Shown here: piece after piece, positions 27,501-41,500 of the stretch | Layout: each line of letters opens with the position of its first letter | Numbering within the stretch: the first letter of the stretch is position 1 | Assembly (NCBI RefSeq): GCF_037042905.1 | Contig: NC_087251.1 | Span: 9,486,001 to 9,550,000 of the forward strand | Length of the DNA: 64,000 nt | Direction of reading: 5' to 3' | Source: Lytechinus pictus | Lineage: Eukaryota | Program-made: the position numbers and the translations under genes | Notes under the pieces: generated by a model | The model's input: the letters and a program-made list of their open reading frames with translations, nothing else | Told to the model about the DNA's origin: nothing | Database searches by the model: none

Positions 27501-30500
27501 TTCGGTCCCTGGGAAATTTGAGCCCAAAATTTGAGATGTTTTGGTTTTATAGGAAAGGATGGTTGTCGGTATTGATAATCATATTTCACTGAGTTTGTGT
27601 CTGTTAGATAGTATCCATGCCATTATGTCATGGTGCAGAATTTAAGTACATGTAGTTAAAATCTGAAATTCAATTTCCGTATATAGGAGAATTTATGATT
27701 TTCTACACTCCACATATTTGCATTGATATAAACTCCATCAGGTGACTTATCAGGCTTCTGTAATGATACAAGCATAATATGTAAGTCTGAAATAAAATTA
27801 TAAAAACAATTAGTTAAAAATTTGATTTTTCTCTCTCTTCCCCCTTTCATCCAGAATTGGTTGACCTTCTATTAATGTAGCTAATTAGCAGAAACACAAA
27901 TGTATGCACATAAAGGTTCCTTTAAACATCTCATTTCATTGTGTCTTTCTCAGTAATTCCTTTGATTGAATTTAAGTGATGTTACTTGACAAGCGTGAGC
28001 CAGCGGGCAGGTTCATTTTGCAGCCACCTTTTAAAGATGACATACTCTCTATCTGTTGTATCTAAATATGATTACAGTTCAATCTAAGCTTGTTCATGAG
28101 CTGTTATGTGATATCTATTTTTTTTAAATGGTCTTAACATTGTATCTGTATAATCTGTTACTATTTTGACCAGCCAATAAAATAACGAAATCACTCATCA
28201 TAGGGTCTATTACTGTATTTACTGTACATTAATTATGATACTTACCATTTACAATAGTGCTTTTAATTACTTGAGCATGTTTTTAACAACATTTTCATCT
28301 ATTTTGCCCCATGGCTGCATTTTCAAAATGATTTTCTGTTAGTGATTCTTTGTTGGTCAGATGTGACCTTTAAGTGAGTGATCTGAAGACAAAGTATGTT
28401 ATGATTGCAGTCCCAAAGTATTCAAAATGGATACTTGTCAGACATATCCTTCCTGGCATAACAAATCAACAATCGCTCTTTGATATGGGTGGCATGCACG
28501 AATGTCAATTTTTTTCACCATAGGGATTTCTTCAACAATGTGCATTGCTTGTGTAGGACACACTCAACACCCCACCCATTACCCCCCCCCCCCCTTTCTG
28601 CCAATGAAGGGGAAAATGGTGCTTGCTGGTGGTATTATTCATCTTCAGAGTCTGGTAACACAAAGGTTAGTGATTAATTGCTAAATGAAGTGGCTTGTCG
28701 ATATCATAATTGCATATTGGCATTTTCCCCACAGATGGACACAGAGGCAACAAAATCAAGTTGATATTCATGTCAAATGCTTTATGTTTTTTAATGAAAC
28801 AAGACCTGAAGCTTCTGGGACAAAAAAATTTTCCGACTCTGGCAGCCATTTTTTATTTTAAAATGGCTGCCAAAGTATGGATACAAATTAGTGTTGAAAA
28901 TAGTATATTGATACATATTTTGTTTTGACAGATTTTTAAAGAACAGGTTTGATCATGATGTTTTCGCCTGTGATTTAGCTTGCTATTGTAACACTTTATA
29001 AAATCCCATAGAAAGATATACCAGTAATTCAATTATCTGATAAAAAAATATTGATGAAGTATGTAATATGGTATGTAATGTCAGTTACCAAAAACATGAA
29101 CTTTTTTTTTCTCATTTCCCGGAAAAGAGGATATATTATATGAAACTTGGTAGATTTCCTCTCTAGGTAACACCCCTCCCTTCTCCACCAAAATTAAAGA
29201 TTACCAATTAACAATCAAGCCATAGGGGACCATTAAAAATGTGTAAAGTCAGTTACCAAGTGGAAAATTGACTTTTGAAAGGTATAGTTCACAAGGAATA
29301 CTATATAAAATTATGAAGGAAGTTGCATTCCCATCGTGCAAAAAAATTACTATAATATCGTTTTGCACATGCACTTACCAAGTACCTAATTGTTTGTATC
29401 AGACAATTTTTTTTTTGGTTTTCGGGGGGGGGGGGTACTTTTCCCAACCTATTGCCTAAATCTGCAACATTTGATAAGCTTAACATTGCGATGAAGGGGG
29501 GTTTTCAGGGTCCCTTTTTTAGTTTCTAGGATTCTTTTGAGCATTGCCGGGCTAAAAGTAAATTCCTCGTTTTTATACCTGTTAGTAGAGTAGATGTGTG
29601 ATACAATTTTTGTTTTTGGTTTACAAGTATAGATGAAAAGTGAAATTTGACAGTTCTGATCAATGTTGCATGGATCTACTAAAACTGTGGGTTTTTTTTC
29701 TAATTTACAAATTATTTTTTGTTGACAGCTTAAAAAAGAAATTAGCAAAGAGAATGATTAAACAAATTATGAAGAGAATTGAAATCCGACAGATATGAAC
29801 AAGCATTGCTTGCGCTGACCAGAATAGAAATCAATAAAACTACATGGCTGCATGAGATTCGGGGGAGGGGTACGTGTAGCCTAGGGGAGGAGACCCTTAT
29901 TCATTTTGCCTTTCTTGAGGGGAGGGGGAGGTTGGAGAAGGAAAAGGTTTAAAAAGTCAATATAAAACTGATGAATATAAATGGGTGTATAGTCAGAAAA
30001 ATCCATGTGTACAGTCAATGCAATATTAAATTACTATAGGAATACATGTAGCTGCTATGACCCCCCCCCCCCCCCCCGAGTAAGTAAAACATTTCTTATC
30101 TTTTAATAATTAAAAATGTGAAGTATTATGAAACTTTTATGATTTTAAAAAGCTTTACAAATAAGTACCAAGAAAATTATGCCTTTAAAAATTATATAGC
30201 ACTGGTAGATGTTCATGGGTAATTTCAGTTACCGACAAGTATTAAAACAATGTTCAAATCAAAGAAAATGAATTAAGAAAAAGAATTTTTTTTTTCATTG
30301 AAATGTTCCTAGAAACTCAGGTATACTTCCACATCAAGCTCATTTTCATGTGAAGCCCTGCACAGAAGATACAATGCAATGATTCCACACATTTGACTTC
30401 CATGTGTTATCTCTATGGCAAATTAAGTGTAATGTCAGTTACCGTAATGTCAGTTACCGTAATGTCAGTTACCAGCATGGTCGTGGAAAAATTATCATAG

Positions 30501-33500
30501 CCCCCAAAAGACAAAAACAAATTATTTAATATTTTTACACATCTTAACCTAGTAATGAAGGTATATTTACATATTCAAATTATTGCTCTATCTACTCAGG
30601 GACATGAGATATTTCAATTTTACTGAACACCCTGAAATTGCATGTCCTTTTTGTGTAATGTCAGTTACTGACACATTTTTGCTTGCTGATGCGTAACAAA
30701 TGTGGTTGCATTAAAAAACTCAGTATCAGAGTATACAGCAAGGTTCACTTTATTAACTCTATCAAAAGCAAATTCCCATCATTTGTTGTTTTAGAGATCT
30801 ATACACACAATGAAAGGTGTGTAAAATTGTGCCGTGTAACGTCAGTTACCGTGAAAATGCCCATATATGCATTTTGGTCTGTAGATTGACAAGGAATCAA
30901 TCAGAATTCTGGGGGGGGGGGTATGTATGATATGTATGTGCTGCGGTCGAGAGTTCCATATTTAGCATAAATTTCTGTTCCAGAGCATCACCAATTTGGA
31001 AAGCCGTTCCGGAGACCCTCAACTGTGTTGTTTCTAGGGAGGGACAGTGCCCCTCGCTTGTACTCAGCGCAGCACTGTGGCACTGCGTACAACGACAGCG
31101 AAAGCTCTGCAGAGTGATTCTGAGGCCACTAATTGGTTAATCGCGCAGAACGTCGTGACCAAGTTCATGCATATTCATGCAACGCTCATTAATTTATGCC
31201 GTTTTAACAATCGTTGATACTAGAGCAGTTCCGGAGACTCCTATTTTAAGACTGAAGTTTAGTTCCAGAGCCCCTGATATTGGTTTTTGGTATGGCACGT
31301 AGGTATCATTTTATAAGTCGAGTACCCCCCTAGGTCAGAATTTCTCATTCAAAATGGCGAGTAATTGTTAATCTTTGTGTTACGGGGCCCAGGTTATGTC
31401 TTTGTATGTAACATAAAGTATTGTATTGTTAGAATTTTGGCTCATGACTTTACGATTATGATCAAATACAACAACCAGCCCACGTAAAATCTACCAAAAC
31501 TTATTATCAGCTATTATCGTTAAAAAAAACAAAAAAAGAGGAATTATTATGTAGGGCCTAACTGATTGTAATATGAACAAATATTTTTGAAAATAATTGT
31601 GGATGAAGAGTGAAACTAATGCCACAATCTAATCTAAACAATATCATTGTATGCTTGACATTTAGTCAGCAGGGTATTGGGATATTTGGTACTAAAACAG
31701 AGGACAAAATTTATGACTGCTAGACCCTGTCATGAAGTTTGTCATATCTTTTTGCTTGTATATTGGGATTATGCGCATTTAAGAGCTGCATATTGTTGGT
31801 GTGCGCTACATAGAAAAGAAAAAATTTATGACCATTTTTATGACAAAAGTGATGACATCCACCTCTGAGAAAAGACAAAATATGGAGAAAAGACAATGTT
31901 CAGAATACCGCCCCTGGTTTACAATTATTAATGAACACTTCAAAAAATAAGTAAATCAAGAACTAAAACTAAATCCAATCAAATAAAAAGATTAACACAT
32001 GATTGTGGGTTGTTGGTTTTTTGTCTCACCTGCATAGCAGAGTGAGACTATAGGCGCCGCTTTTCCGACGGCGACGGCGGCGGCGGTGGCGGCGGCGGCG
32101 GCGGCGTCAACACCAAATCTTAACCTGAGGTTAAGTTTTTGAAATGACAGCATAACTTAGAAAGTATATGGACCTAGTTCATGAAACTTGGCCATAAGGT
32201 TAATCAAGTAATACTGAACATCCTGCCTGAGTTTCATGTCACATGACCAAGGTCAAAGGTCATTTAGGGTCAATGAACTTAGACCATGTTGGGGGAATCA
32301 ACATCAAAATCTTAACCTAAGGTTAAGTTTTTGAAATGTCATCATAACTTAGAAAGTTTATGGATCTGATTCATGAAACTTGGACATAATAGTAATCAAG
32401 TATTACTGAACATCCTGTGCAAGTTTCAGGTCACATGATCAAGGTCAAAGGTCATTTAGGGTCAATGAACTTTGGCCAAATTGGGGTATTTGTTGAATTA
32501 CAGCCATAAATTTGAAAGTGTGTTGGTCTAGTTCATAAAACTTGGACATAATAGTAATCAAGTATCACTGAACATCCTGTGCGAGTTTCAGGTCACATGA
32601 TCAAGGTCAAAGGTCATGTAAGGTCAAAGAACTTTGGCCACGTTGGGGGTAGTTGTTGAATTGCCATCATATCTCTATAAGTGTATTGGTCTAGTTCATA
32701 AAACGTGGAAATAAGAGTAACCAAGTATCACTGAACATCTTGTGCAAGTTATAGTAGTTTTCAAAATCAGCACTGCTGCTATATTGAATCGCGTGATGCA
32801 GGTGAGACGGCCAGAGGCATTCCACTTGTTTTTTTTTTTAGGGGAGGGTGTATGCATTGAGTGAGCTGATGGTGTATCCCACTCAAATTCAGCAATGTTA
32901 CCATATCACTTAAATTAAATAAGACCCAGATTATATTCAAGAGATTTTTTTGGGTCTGACGGTAACAGGTAACAGCCAAATTTTGGTCTAGATTCAGCCA
33001 CTCCGACACTGGGCAGGTGTGTGATGTTTTGTGTTACAGTAACTGACACCTTATAGGCTATATGCTGCACACTGTACAATAACATAGAATCAAACCAAAG
33101 AGGTGTGAAATCTGAAACATTACTCTCTCTCTCTCTTTCTCAGGGGGGGGGGGCATTGCCATTACATGGTAAATACCATGCTCAAATGCAAACGCCATGG
33201 ATGGGTGATGTTGAGGCATATACTCAGTGCAAAAAGGTATCACAAATGCAAATATCTAGCAAACATACTTTTCAATGGCCTTTATACAAAGATTTTATTA
33301 TTTTGCATTATTCCCAGCCTTTCACAATCGGTCTTGTAATCATTTGTCACAATTTGGTCGATCACAAGACATTGCAATGATTACAAGTGGTCCCATGGCC
33401 AATTATGAAAGGGACTTAACATACTACATTCACGACTCAAGGTTGAGCTGATACAAAATAAAACATTGATGATGTGAGCCAATGTTTTTCTAAAAAGCAA

Positions 33501-34349
33501 TACATTGCCAAAACATCTAAGGGATCTTTTCTGATTTAAAAATATATGTTTAGGGTAGGGAAAACATGACAAAATACTTGTTTAGAATATTCTGAGATCA
33601 AAGGATGATTACGTGTTTCAGGCCCTTTGGAAATAAATGACAGTGCCCCCCCCCCCCTGTTGGAAATAATATTTTGATTTAGTTCAGTGGGTACACTTTT
33701 GGTAATCACTTTGTATTTATAAGAGGTTTAGGAATTTTTACCCAGCATAAAGTACGGCATATGAATTTGATTAGAGCGTCACTGAAAATTGACTTTTGAT
33801 TTTGAATATCGATAGTTGTATAATATTTCAACATACTTTCTGTAGAAAACGTTGTAAGGTATGACTATGGAATCTTATGCATCAGCTAAGAGACGTCGTA
33901 CTGCATGTAATGATAAGGAGGATAATTGTGTTGTGTGGTTTTTAACACTTTTATAATGAAACAGATAACTCAGCTGTCCAGAGTAGACCAATAATCATTC
34001 CCTTTTGCACTGAATGAAGACAAAGCATTGCTCAAGTTGTTCGTGTTTCATGAAGAGAACTTTAAAAAAAATTACTGGCATTGAGATGGTGAATTTCAGC
34101 TGTCTACTTTATTGGATAAATATTGACTGGAGTGAGGTATGACGTAAAGAATAAGCCTACTTGGGACGATCCCCAGGTCTCCTGATACTTCCCTGGCTGG
34201 CATGGTACAAATGTATTTTCAGTGCATGGCCAACAATTTGCTGGCAGTTGGGAGCTGGGGCAGGAAGATAATTTTTTAGAAGCAATCATCAAGTGAGATG
34301 AGAGATTTAATGCAGTTATAGATTGATTGGGATAGATAAACATTTCTAG

Positions 34350-34387
<38 letters not shown>

Positions 34388-35530
34388 GTTTGTGCCCCTC
34401 TCCCTTTTATTTCTCAACCTCCTCAAATCCCCATCCTGTCTCTCTTTATTTTTATTTTTTGTTCTTTCTCCCATCTTTAGGGGGTATTTTCACCCACTCT
34501 TTTCCCCTTTAAAGGTTGGCCTGTATTTATTTATATATATATATACAGTGCATATCAAAAAAAATTTACACTTTCAAAAGCCCTGGGAATTAAAAAATAT
34601 ACAATATGTGGGTAATTTTTTCACATATAATCTTGGGTTTGGGTCTCATCTATGCAATGAAAGTAAAAGTTTTGACAGAATGTTACACTTGAGTGAGCAC
34701 TGTCCATTTTTTTAACGCTCGCAGAAATCTGTGTGCGCAGAAATGCTTGTTTTCACGCTGTGTCAAGGGGAAAGGGCGACATCAAACTTACACTGCGAAA
34801 CACTTCTCATACATCTCCTTTACACTTTTAGTCAATTGAAATAAAACGGATACATTTAAGCATTTTGTAACAACTTTGCTACCCAAATTGAAATTTCAAC
34901 ACTTAGTAAGCACAACATTTACCCTTTTTGTGCCAGCTGGATCTGAGACATAACTGAATTTGAACAAAAGTTTATATCAGACATCTTCAACATTTTTTCA
35001 CTAAGTTTTTATCATTCAAAGTGGGTTTACATTTAATTTTTCATTTAATACTTGTTTCTCCACACTTTTCCCAAGCTTGACAATGATTAACAAAATGAAA
35101 ATCAAGCCTAAGCCATTTCATGTAATCACAGCTCAGTGTAAAGCAAATAGCGTCACGATGGCCTCGGTGTGTGGGGGAGTGAGATGGGGCGCAAAGCACA
35201 CTCCGAAGTGTTTTGGGCGAGGAAACAAGTTTAAAAAGGTAAAAGATATCTTCAAATCAAATTTACTAGCTAAATTTCATGTGTTTCATGATTGAGGTCT
35301 ACTTTTATTCGCATAAGTATTTCAAAGTTCTGTGCAAATCATTTTTTTTTTTACTAACTTTTCAAAAGTAAGTGGTGCTCACTCAAGCGGAAATATTTTT
35401 GGACAGTTATATCGTCATTTGCTTAAATGGATCTGTACCAATGTTAAAATATGGAAAAATCTTCAGGATATTACAAATGTATAATTTTACAGGATTTTTT
35501 CTAAGTGTAAACTTTTTTTTGATACGCACT

Positions 35531-35562
<32 letters not shown>

Positions 35563-38500
35563 GTATATATATATGTATATGTATATATAGTAAATAGGGG
35601 TAGTAAAATACGAGCTGTGATTGGCCAGATTGATACCACGTGACCTCCCTTCAAAAATTTATATTGTACATATGTACAATATAAACTCCTTAAAAAAAGT
35701 TTGGAAATCTGACTTTGATCGATAATCCCTCCTCGGTTTTAGTAAATATCAATGTGTAATTAATATCAATAAATAGATAATTCAATTCTCTTTAAAATGA
35801 TACTCTACATGATATGATTATCGTTCACATGGAGATGCAGTCTCTTGATATGTGGGGCAAGGTAAAAATTCAAGTTGCAAAATGACACAATATTGAAAGT
35901 CACTGTTCTTTTTCCGTGGTGATGAGCGAGTTTCTCAGCGGTTTCTTTTAATTGTTTTCATGCACCTTAACATCAACATTAACATGGAATCACACCTCTG
36001 CACAAGCAAACACATAACAAACAAACAAACATGCATGGGTATATCAAACCATGTTTATATCACAGAACCATCACTACATAAACCACAACAAAACATAAAA
36101 AATGAAGAAGCAGGGGCTTCATTTGAATGGATTTTCACCTCTATTGACACAGACAAAAGAATCATGTTCTGTATTGACCCTTCATGGCTATTTCTGCTCG
36201 TTTTGCAGCTTTTCAATTCAGACCTCATCCAACACTTTTGAATCCTGCTCTTTTCATGATGGCATGATCATAACAAGCATGGTATCATTTTAAAGATAAT
36301 AAAATGATCTTTTGAATGATGTCAAATATGCATTGTGTAAAATCAATGGCCAAACTCAGATTTCCAATCTTTTTTAAGGGGTTTATATCAGGGGTGTGAG
36401 AGTTCAGATTTTTATCTGATTTCAGATTTTTTTCGTTTTGATTTTCAGCTTAATTTCAGCTTATTTTTGGCTTTCCTCTGTACAAAAAGTATGGGAGCTC
36501 TTTCTATTTCAGACTTTTTCTACAAGTTTCAGCTTTTTTCAGATCTTTTTATTTGTGACCACTCACACCCCTGTTATATATAACTTTCGATTTTTGGAGA
36601 ATATCGATTAATGGTAATGCGCGATTAGCCAGTCAATCCTGGGCGTCTGCATTTACTAAGCGCATGCACTGTATTGAATCGTAATTTTTATAGTGACATC
36701 ATCTTTTCCTGGCTTGTGCAACTTTACATTATGGACGAAATTTTTTGGATAGTACGTGTGCAACGGTAGGAATGTTTGACATTCTCCGTACAACAAGCTA
36801 AGTAGGCCTTGTACAATTCTATAAATAAATAGTGAACATTCTATCATACAATATTACTGGACTATATGAACTCCAAATATAAAAGTATCCCTCGTGCAGC
36901 CGGTGCAGGTCTATTTCACCCAGGCCTTCGGCCTCAGTGAAATGAACCTGTGCTCAGGATAATTTTATGTTTGTCATACATATAATCCAGTATATTGTAC
37001 AATAGATTGTACACTATTCATATAATTAGTCAGGGGCCTTAGGCCCATAATTTGACGTTTTGGGGACAGAGTTTACAAAAGCACCAAACTTTCCCTATGT
37101 CACTATTAGGTCAATAGCTTCATTTTTTCCCACAGAACATGGTGTTGAAAATTGCATCTTCATGCAAAAATATGCTAATTTATGTAAATTAGCAGTAATT
37201 CATGCATGAATAGTAAAAATTAGTAAAAAGGAATAAAAAGAAACCAAACTTAAAGAAAATCTCTATCAGATCGATAGCTTTAATTTTCCCTACCAAACGT
37301 GCTATATCCCAATAGGAATTAATTAATAAAAGTTAATAAAAAGGATACCAAACTTTAGGAAAGTTTCTATCAGGTCAATAGCTTTAATTTTTCCCACAGA
37401 ACATGGTGTTGAAAATTGCATCTTCATGCAAAAATATGCTAATTTATATAAATTAGCAGTAATTTATGCATGAAGCCATATGCCAGTAGGAATTAATTAA
37501 TAAAAGTAAATAAAGAGATACCAAACTTTAGGAAAGTCTCTTTCAGGTCAATAGCTTTAAATTTCCTTATCAAACATGATATTGAAAATTGTGTCTTCAT
37601 GCAAAAATATGTTAATTTATGTAAATTAGCAGTTAATTTATGCATGAATAGTAAAAATTAGTAAAAAGGAATAAAAAGAAACCAAACTTAAAGAAAATCT
37701 CTATCAGATCGATAGCTTTAATTTTCCCTACCAAACGTGCTATTGAATATCCCGTCTTCATGCAAAATATGGTAATTTATGTACATTAGCAATTATTTCA
37801 TATGTATAAATTAGTCCCATTCCAATGGATACTAACAGTGAAAAAGGGGCCAAACTTTTGAAGTACCTCTATCAGCTCAAAAGCTTCAATTTTACCAGCA
37901 ATATATTGACAGGAAAATTCAAAACTTTGGAGACACCCCACACCAAAGGCTATGTATACGGAGACATATAGCCATGTACTATCAGTTAAAGTCTTATTTT
38001 CTCAATAGCTATAAAGTATATATGAATCACAGTTAAGCAAATTTTCAGTCTTTGGGAAACAAAATGGTGTCCAAAAATCTCTTTCAAGTTGTGTAATAAT
38101 CACATCATGGGCAATGTATACATAGGCATATTCTATAAATCTGTACATTATTACTATCTCCTTGCAGTTAGAGACCTATCCTATATTGTAATTAATTTGT
38201 TGGGATGTGAAGTAATGATTTTCAGTAAATATCAAAATCTGCAGCTTCACCGTGAGGAGGGATTGTAGACCAAGATATAATTCAAGCAGCAAACAACGAG
38301 AACCGAATTCTCCCTCATAAAGTTGGACTGATTCTTACCGATTATGGCCTGATTCAGATGGATTAGGGGAGTTCCCCCAAATGAAAAAAAATGGGTCCGG
38401 AATATGTCCCGATTCAGCGCAGAATCGCCAAGAACTGACCAAATCAATTTTGGCCATCCCCAAAAAGCAGAATGCCAACACGAATAGTGGCAAGAATCGA

Positions 38501-41500
38501 CCCAAGCATGTCCAGAATCCAGCCGAATGTGACCCGATATATCTGATTACAGCCGATCGATGGCCTGAATGTTCGGGACAGTTATGTCCAGAATGATACA
38601 AATTATAGGTCCGAATCTGCCCAGAAAACTCCAAATTCCTCCCCTAATCCAACCGAATGTCACCCGAATAGATCCCAAATGTGGCCCGAATGAAATTTGT
38701 TGTGGTCATATTCGGGAGTATTCTGGGGGGTATTCGGCTGGTTTTGAACATTTCAAAATGAGCTGAATTCCTAAGCGAATGTTCCCGAATTTTCTCGCAT
38801 TTACGAAGGCAAAACAGAATATTCCTGAAACCACCCGAATACGTATATGGATGGATTCGCAGCTGATTCGGTTCCGTTCTAACCCTAGCTTTAAGCAAGG
38901 GTTACACCAAAACCATATTCTCCCGAACAAATTCGGACCAATTCTGCCCAAAATGGCCTAAAATCAGTACTTATTCATCTCCTTTTCGGGGAGCTCCCGG
39001 AATCAATTCGGAAGGATCCGGGACTATTCTGTTCTCCCTCCCCATATACGAAAACATTCGGGAACATTCGTGGAGGGATTCTGCTTGTCTTGAAATGTTT
39101 AAAACCAGCCGAATATCCTCCAAAATACTCCCAAATATAGCCACGACAAATTTTTTTCGAGCCACATTCGGGATGTATTCGGATGGAATTCGGTTGAGTT
39201 TGGGGAGGCATTTGGACAATTATTTTGGGAAGTCAATAGTGCTCTGATTCGGGACCTATTCCAGACCGATTCGACTCTGATTCGGTCTGAAATTGATTGG
39301 GAGAATTTGGTTTTGGTGTTACCCTAGTTTTAGTGATAGAGATCAATTCATAAGCCAATAAAGAAAACAAATCACTGGAATTATTCAGGTCACCGTCAAC
39401 CAAGGGACGACAGAATAAGAAAAAGGATCAGGTCTCTTTGCTCAAATCTGATGTGTCCTTGTTCTAAAAATGTACATAGTTGCCAGAGGGGCAGACATGG
39501 ACAGCTTTTACTGACATGAGAACCATCCATATACACTCCTCTTTCTGACAGGAGAAAACTCTACTTGGGAAAGAAATCTAACCTTTTTAATTGCTTTGAT
39601 AAAAAAAGATAAAATACTGGTTTATCTTTTCCATATGATTTGGTTTTTTTTTATTGTGAAAGGGGTATGCACAGGATTTATAATTTGCATAAATTTGCAT
39701 TTTAAACATGATACCGTCCTCTGTTCGCATGGAAAGTCACCATAATGAATGAATTGTGTAACAGTGTCTCATATGCATAGTGTTGCGCTCGTCCCTCGTT
39801 TTAAAACCTCGAAATATGATAGTTGATGTGTTTTACACATCCTGAATGTGCATAAATTTTGCATAAATTTGCAATAATAAACATTGAAAATTGATTCTTA
39901 TTCTGGAACTGTACAGAAATCACTCTAGATTTGATGCCCCATCAAAATAAATCCCAAATCCCACCCCCCCCCCCCCAAAAAAATAGGCTTCTAGAAAAGT
40001 TTAGGTCTGTACTATACATATACAGTAATTTATGGTGAATAGTGTGATTTTGCATAATTTTGCATAAATTAGCACTATGAAATTGGATTCCAGTCATTGA
40101 TATCGAGGTATCCTATCAAGAATTAATTCTTTTTGTACCAGTGGAAAAATAATTGTGATTTTGACAATTCTATATGTCGAGATATGATAAAATATGTGTT
40201 TTTACATATAATTTGCATAAAATAACCTTAAGAATTGATTCATACTCACCAAATTTATGAAAATCGACCTGCTGTTGAATATTTAGCAAAAGGAGACCCA
40301 AATACACAAAAATTGGGCATTTGAAAATTATTTTTAGTGAGATATGGTGAATTATGAGTTTTTTGCATAAAATTTGCATAAATTAGCATTTTAAAATAGG
40401 GTGCCCTTCACCGATTTCGAGGCACCCTATCTAGAATTAATGCTTTTGATACCAGGGACCCACATGCAAAAAATGGCGCTTTTGTAAATTCTGCCCCCAA
40501 AATTTTGCTAAGGCCCCTGACTAAATATATGACCTCAACATAAATGTTTCGATATATGATTTTATGAGGTTCGTAAAATTGAAGGTAATTGAGGGTGAGG
40601 TGTAGGCCTATATATAAAATACTTTAACTTGTAAATGAATAAAGGAGACCTTTAAAAAACTCTTCATCTTTTCTCTCTTGATCTCATATTTTGAATTGTT
40701 TTCATCAGTCAGTGACTATTTGTGCCATAGAACAGCTGATTAGTAAAGCTAAAACTTAAGCATTGGGTTGTTCAGTTAAAAAAACAAATAACACCTTCAA
40801 GTAATTCAGCATTTATAGCTATTCAAACACATCCATTAGTTTTTTCAATATGCTGTCAATATTGTCTTTTTAAGTTTTATATTTCTTGGAGAATGATGAT
40901 TGTCTTCCTTCTCCTTTGATTCTTAGAAAGATGTTCCTCAATTAATGGACAGAGAAAATATTGAATCGATGGCCATGATATCAATGGCACTTTAATAGGT
41001 GCTCCTTCCTTTCTTTCTTTTTTGGTATTGCATTATTTTGATTTGTATCGTCTACATAAATATAGTTTCTTAGGAAAGAAGTACTTGAAATTTAATGGAA
41101 TAGGATTGGAATTTGATCATTAAAGTTGAATTAAGAAGGGGGTGAGTTTCCATAAATATAGGTTCTACATACAATATATAGTATATATAAGTTGTTCAAA
41201 CACATAGCATGTCACAATAATCCTCTGCCTTCTCGATATTTTGCTTTGAAAGTCTATGAAATTAGCCACCTGTCAGAGCCCGAGAGACGAGTGTACAGAA
41301 AAGTCACTCGGAGTGTGACGTCACCGGGGGGAATTTAGTATAAGAGGTGCCTGAATGTCATACAGAAATGCTATGCAGAGAGAGAAAGATATTTTACAAT
41401 TTTTTTTCAAAGCAACTCAAATCAAACAAATAGGACTGATATGTACAAATCTTTACTTTCCCTGTATAAAAAACAGTATGAATAACCACCATGAACTCTT

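Larger units (their letters stand above)
35585..37003 (+). mobile_element. Hairpin-ended element (CryptonV-like) hosting two nested insertions
   Basis: gattggcc near the 5' end, 28-bp palindrome at 35658-35685, ~150-nt 3' hairpin 36847-36999 with ggcc-ttc-ggcc apex. Confidence 0.55.

Noticed and set aside
38247-39219. Cluster of overlapping ORFs suggesting a gene
   Set aside because: The ORFs are short, on both strands, have no domain motifs, and are explained by a GC-richer repetitive element.
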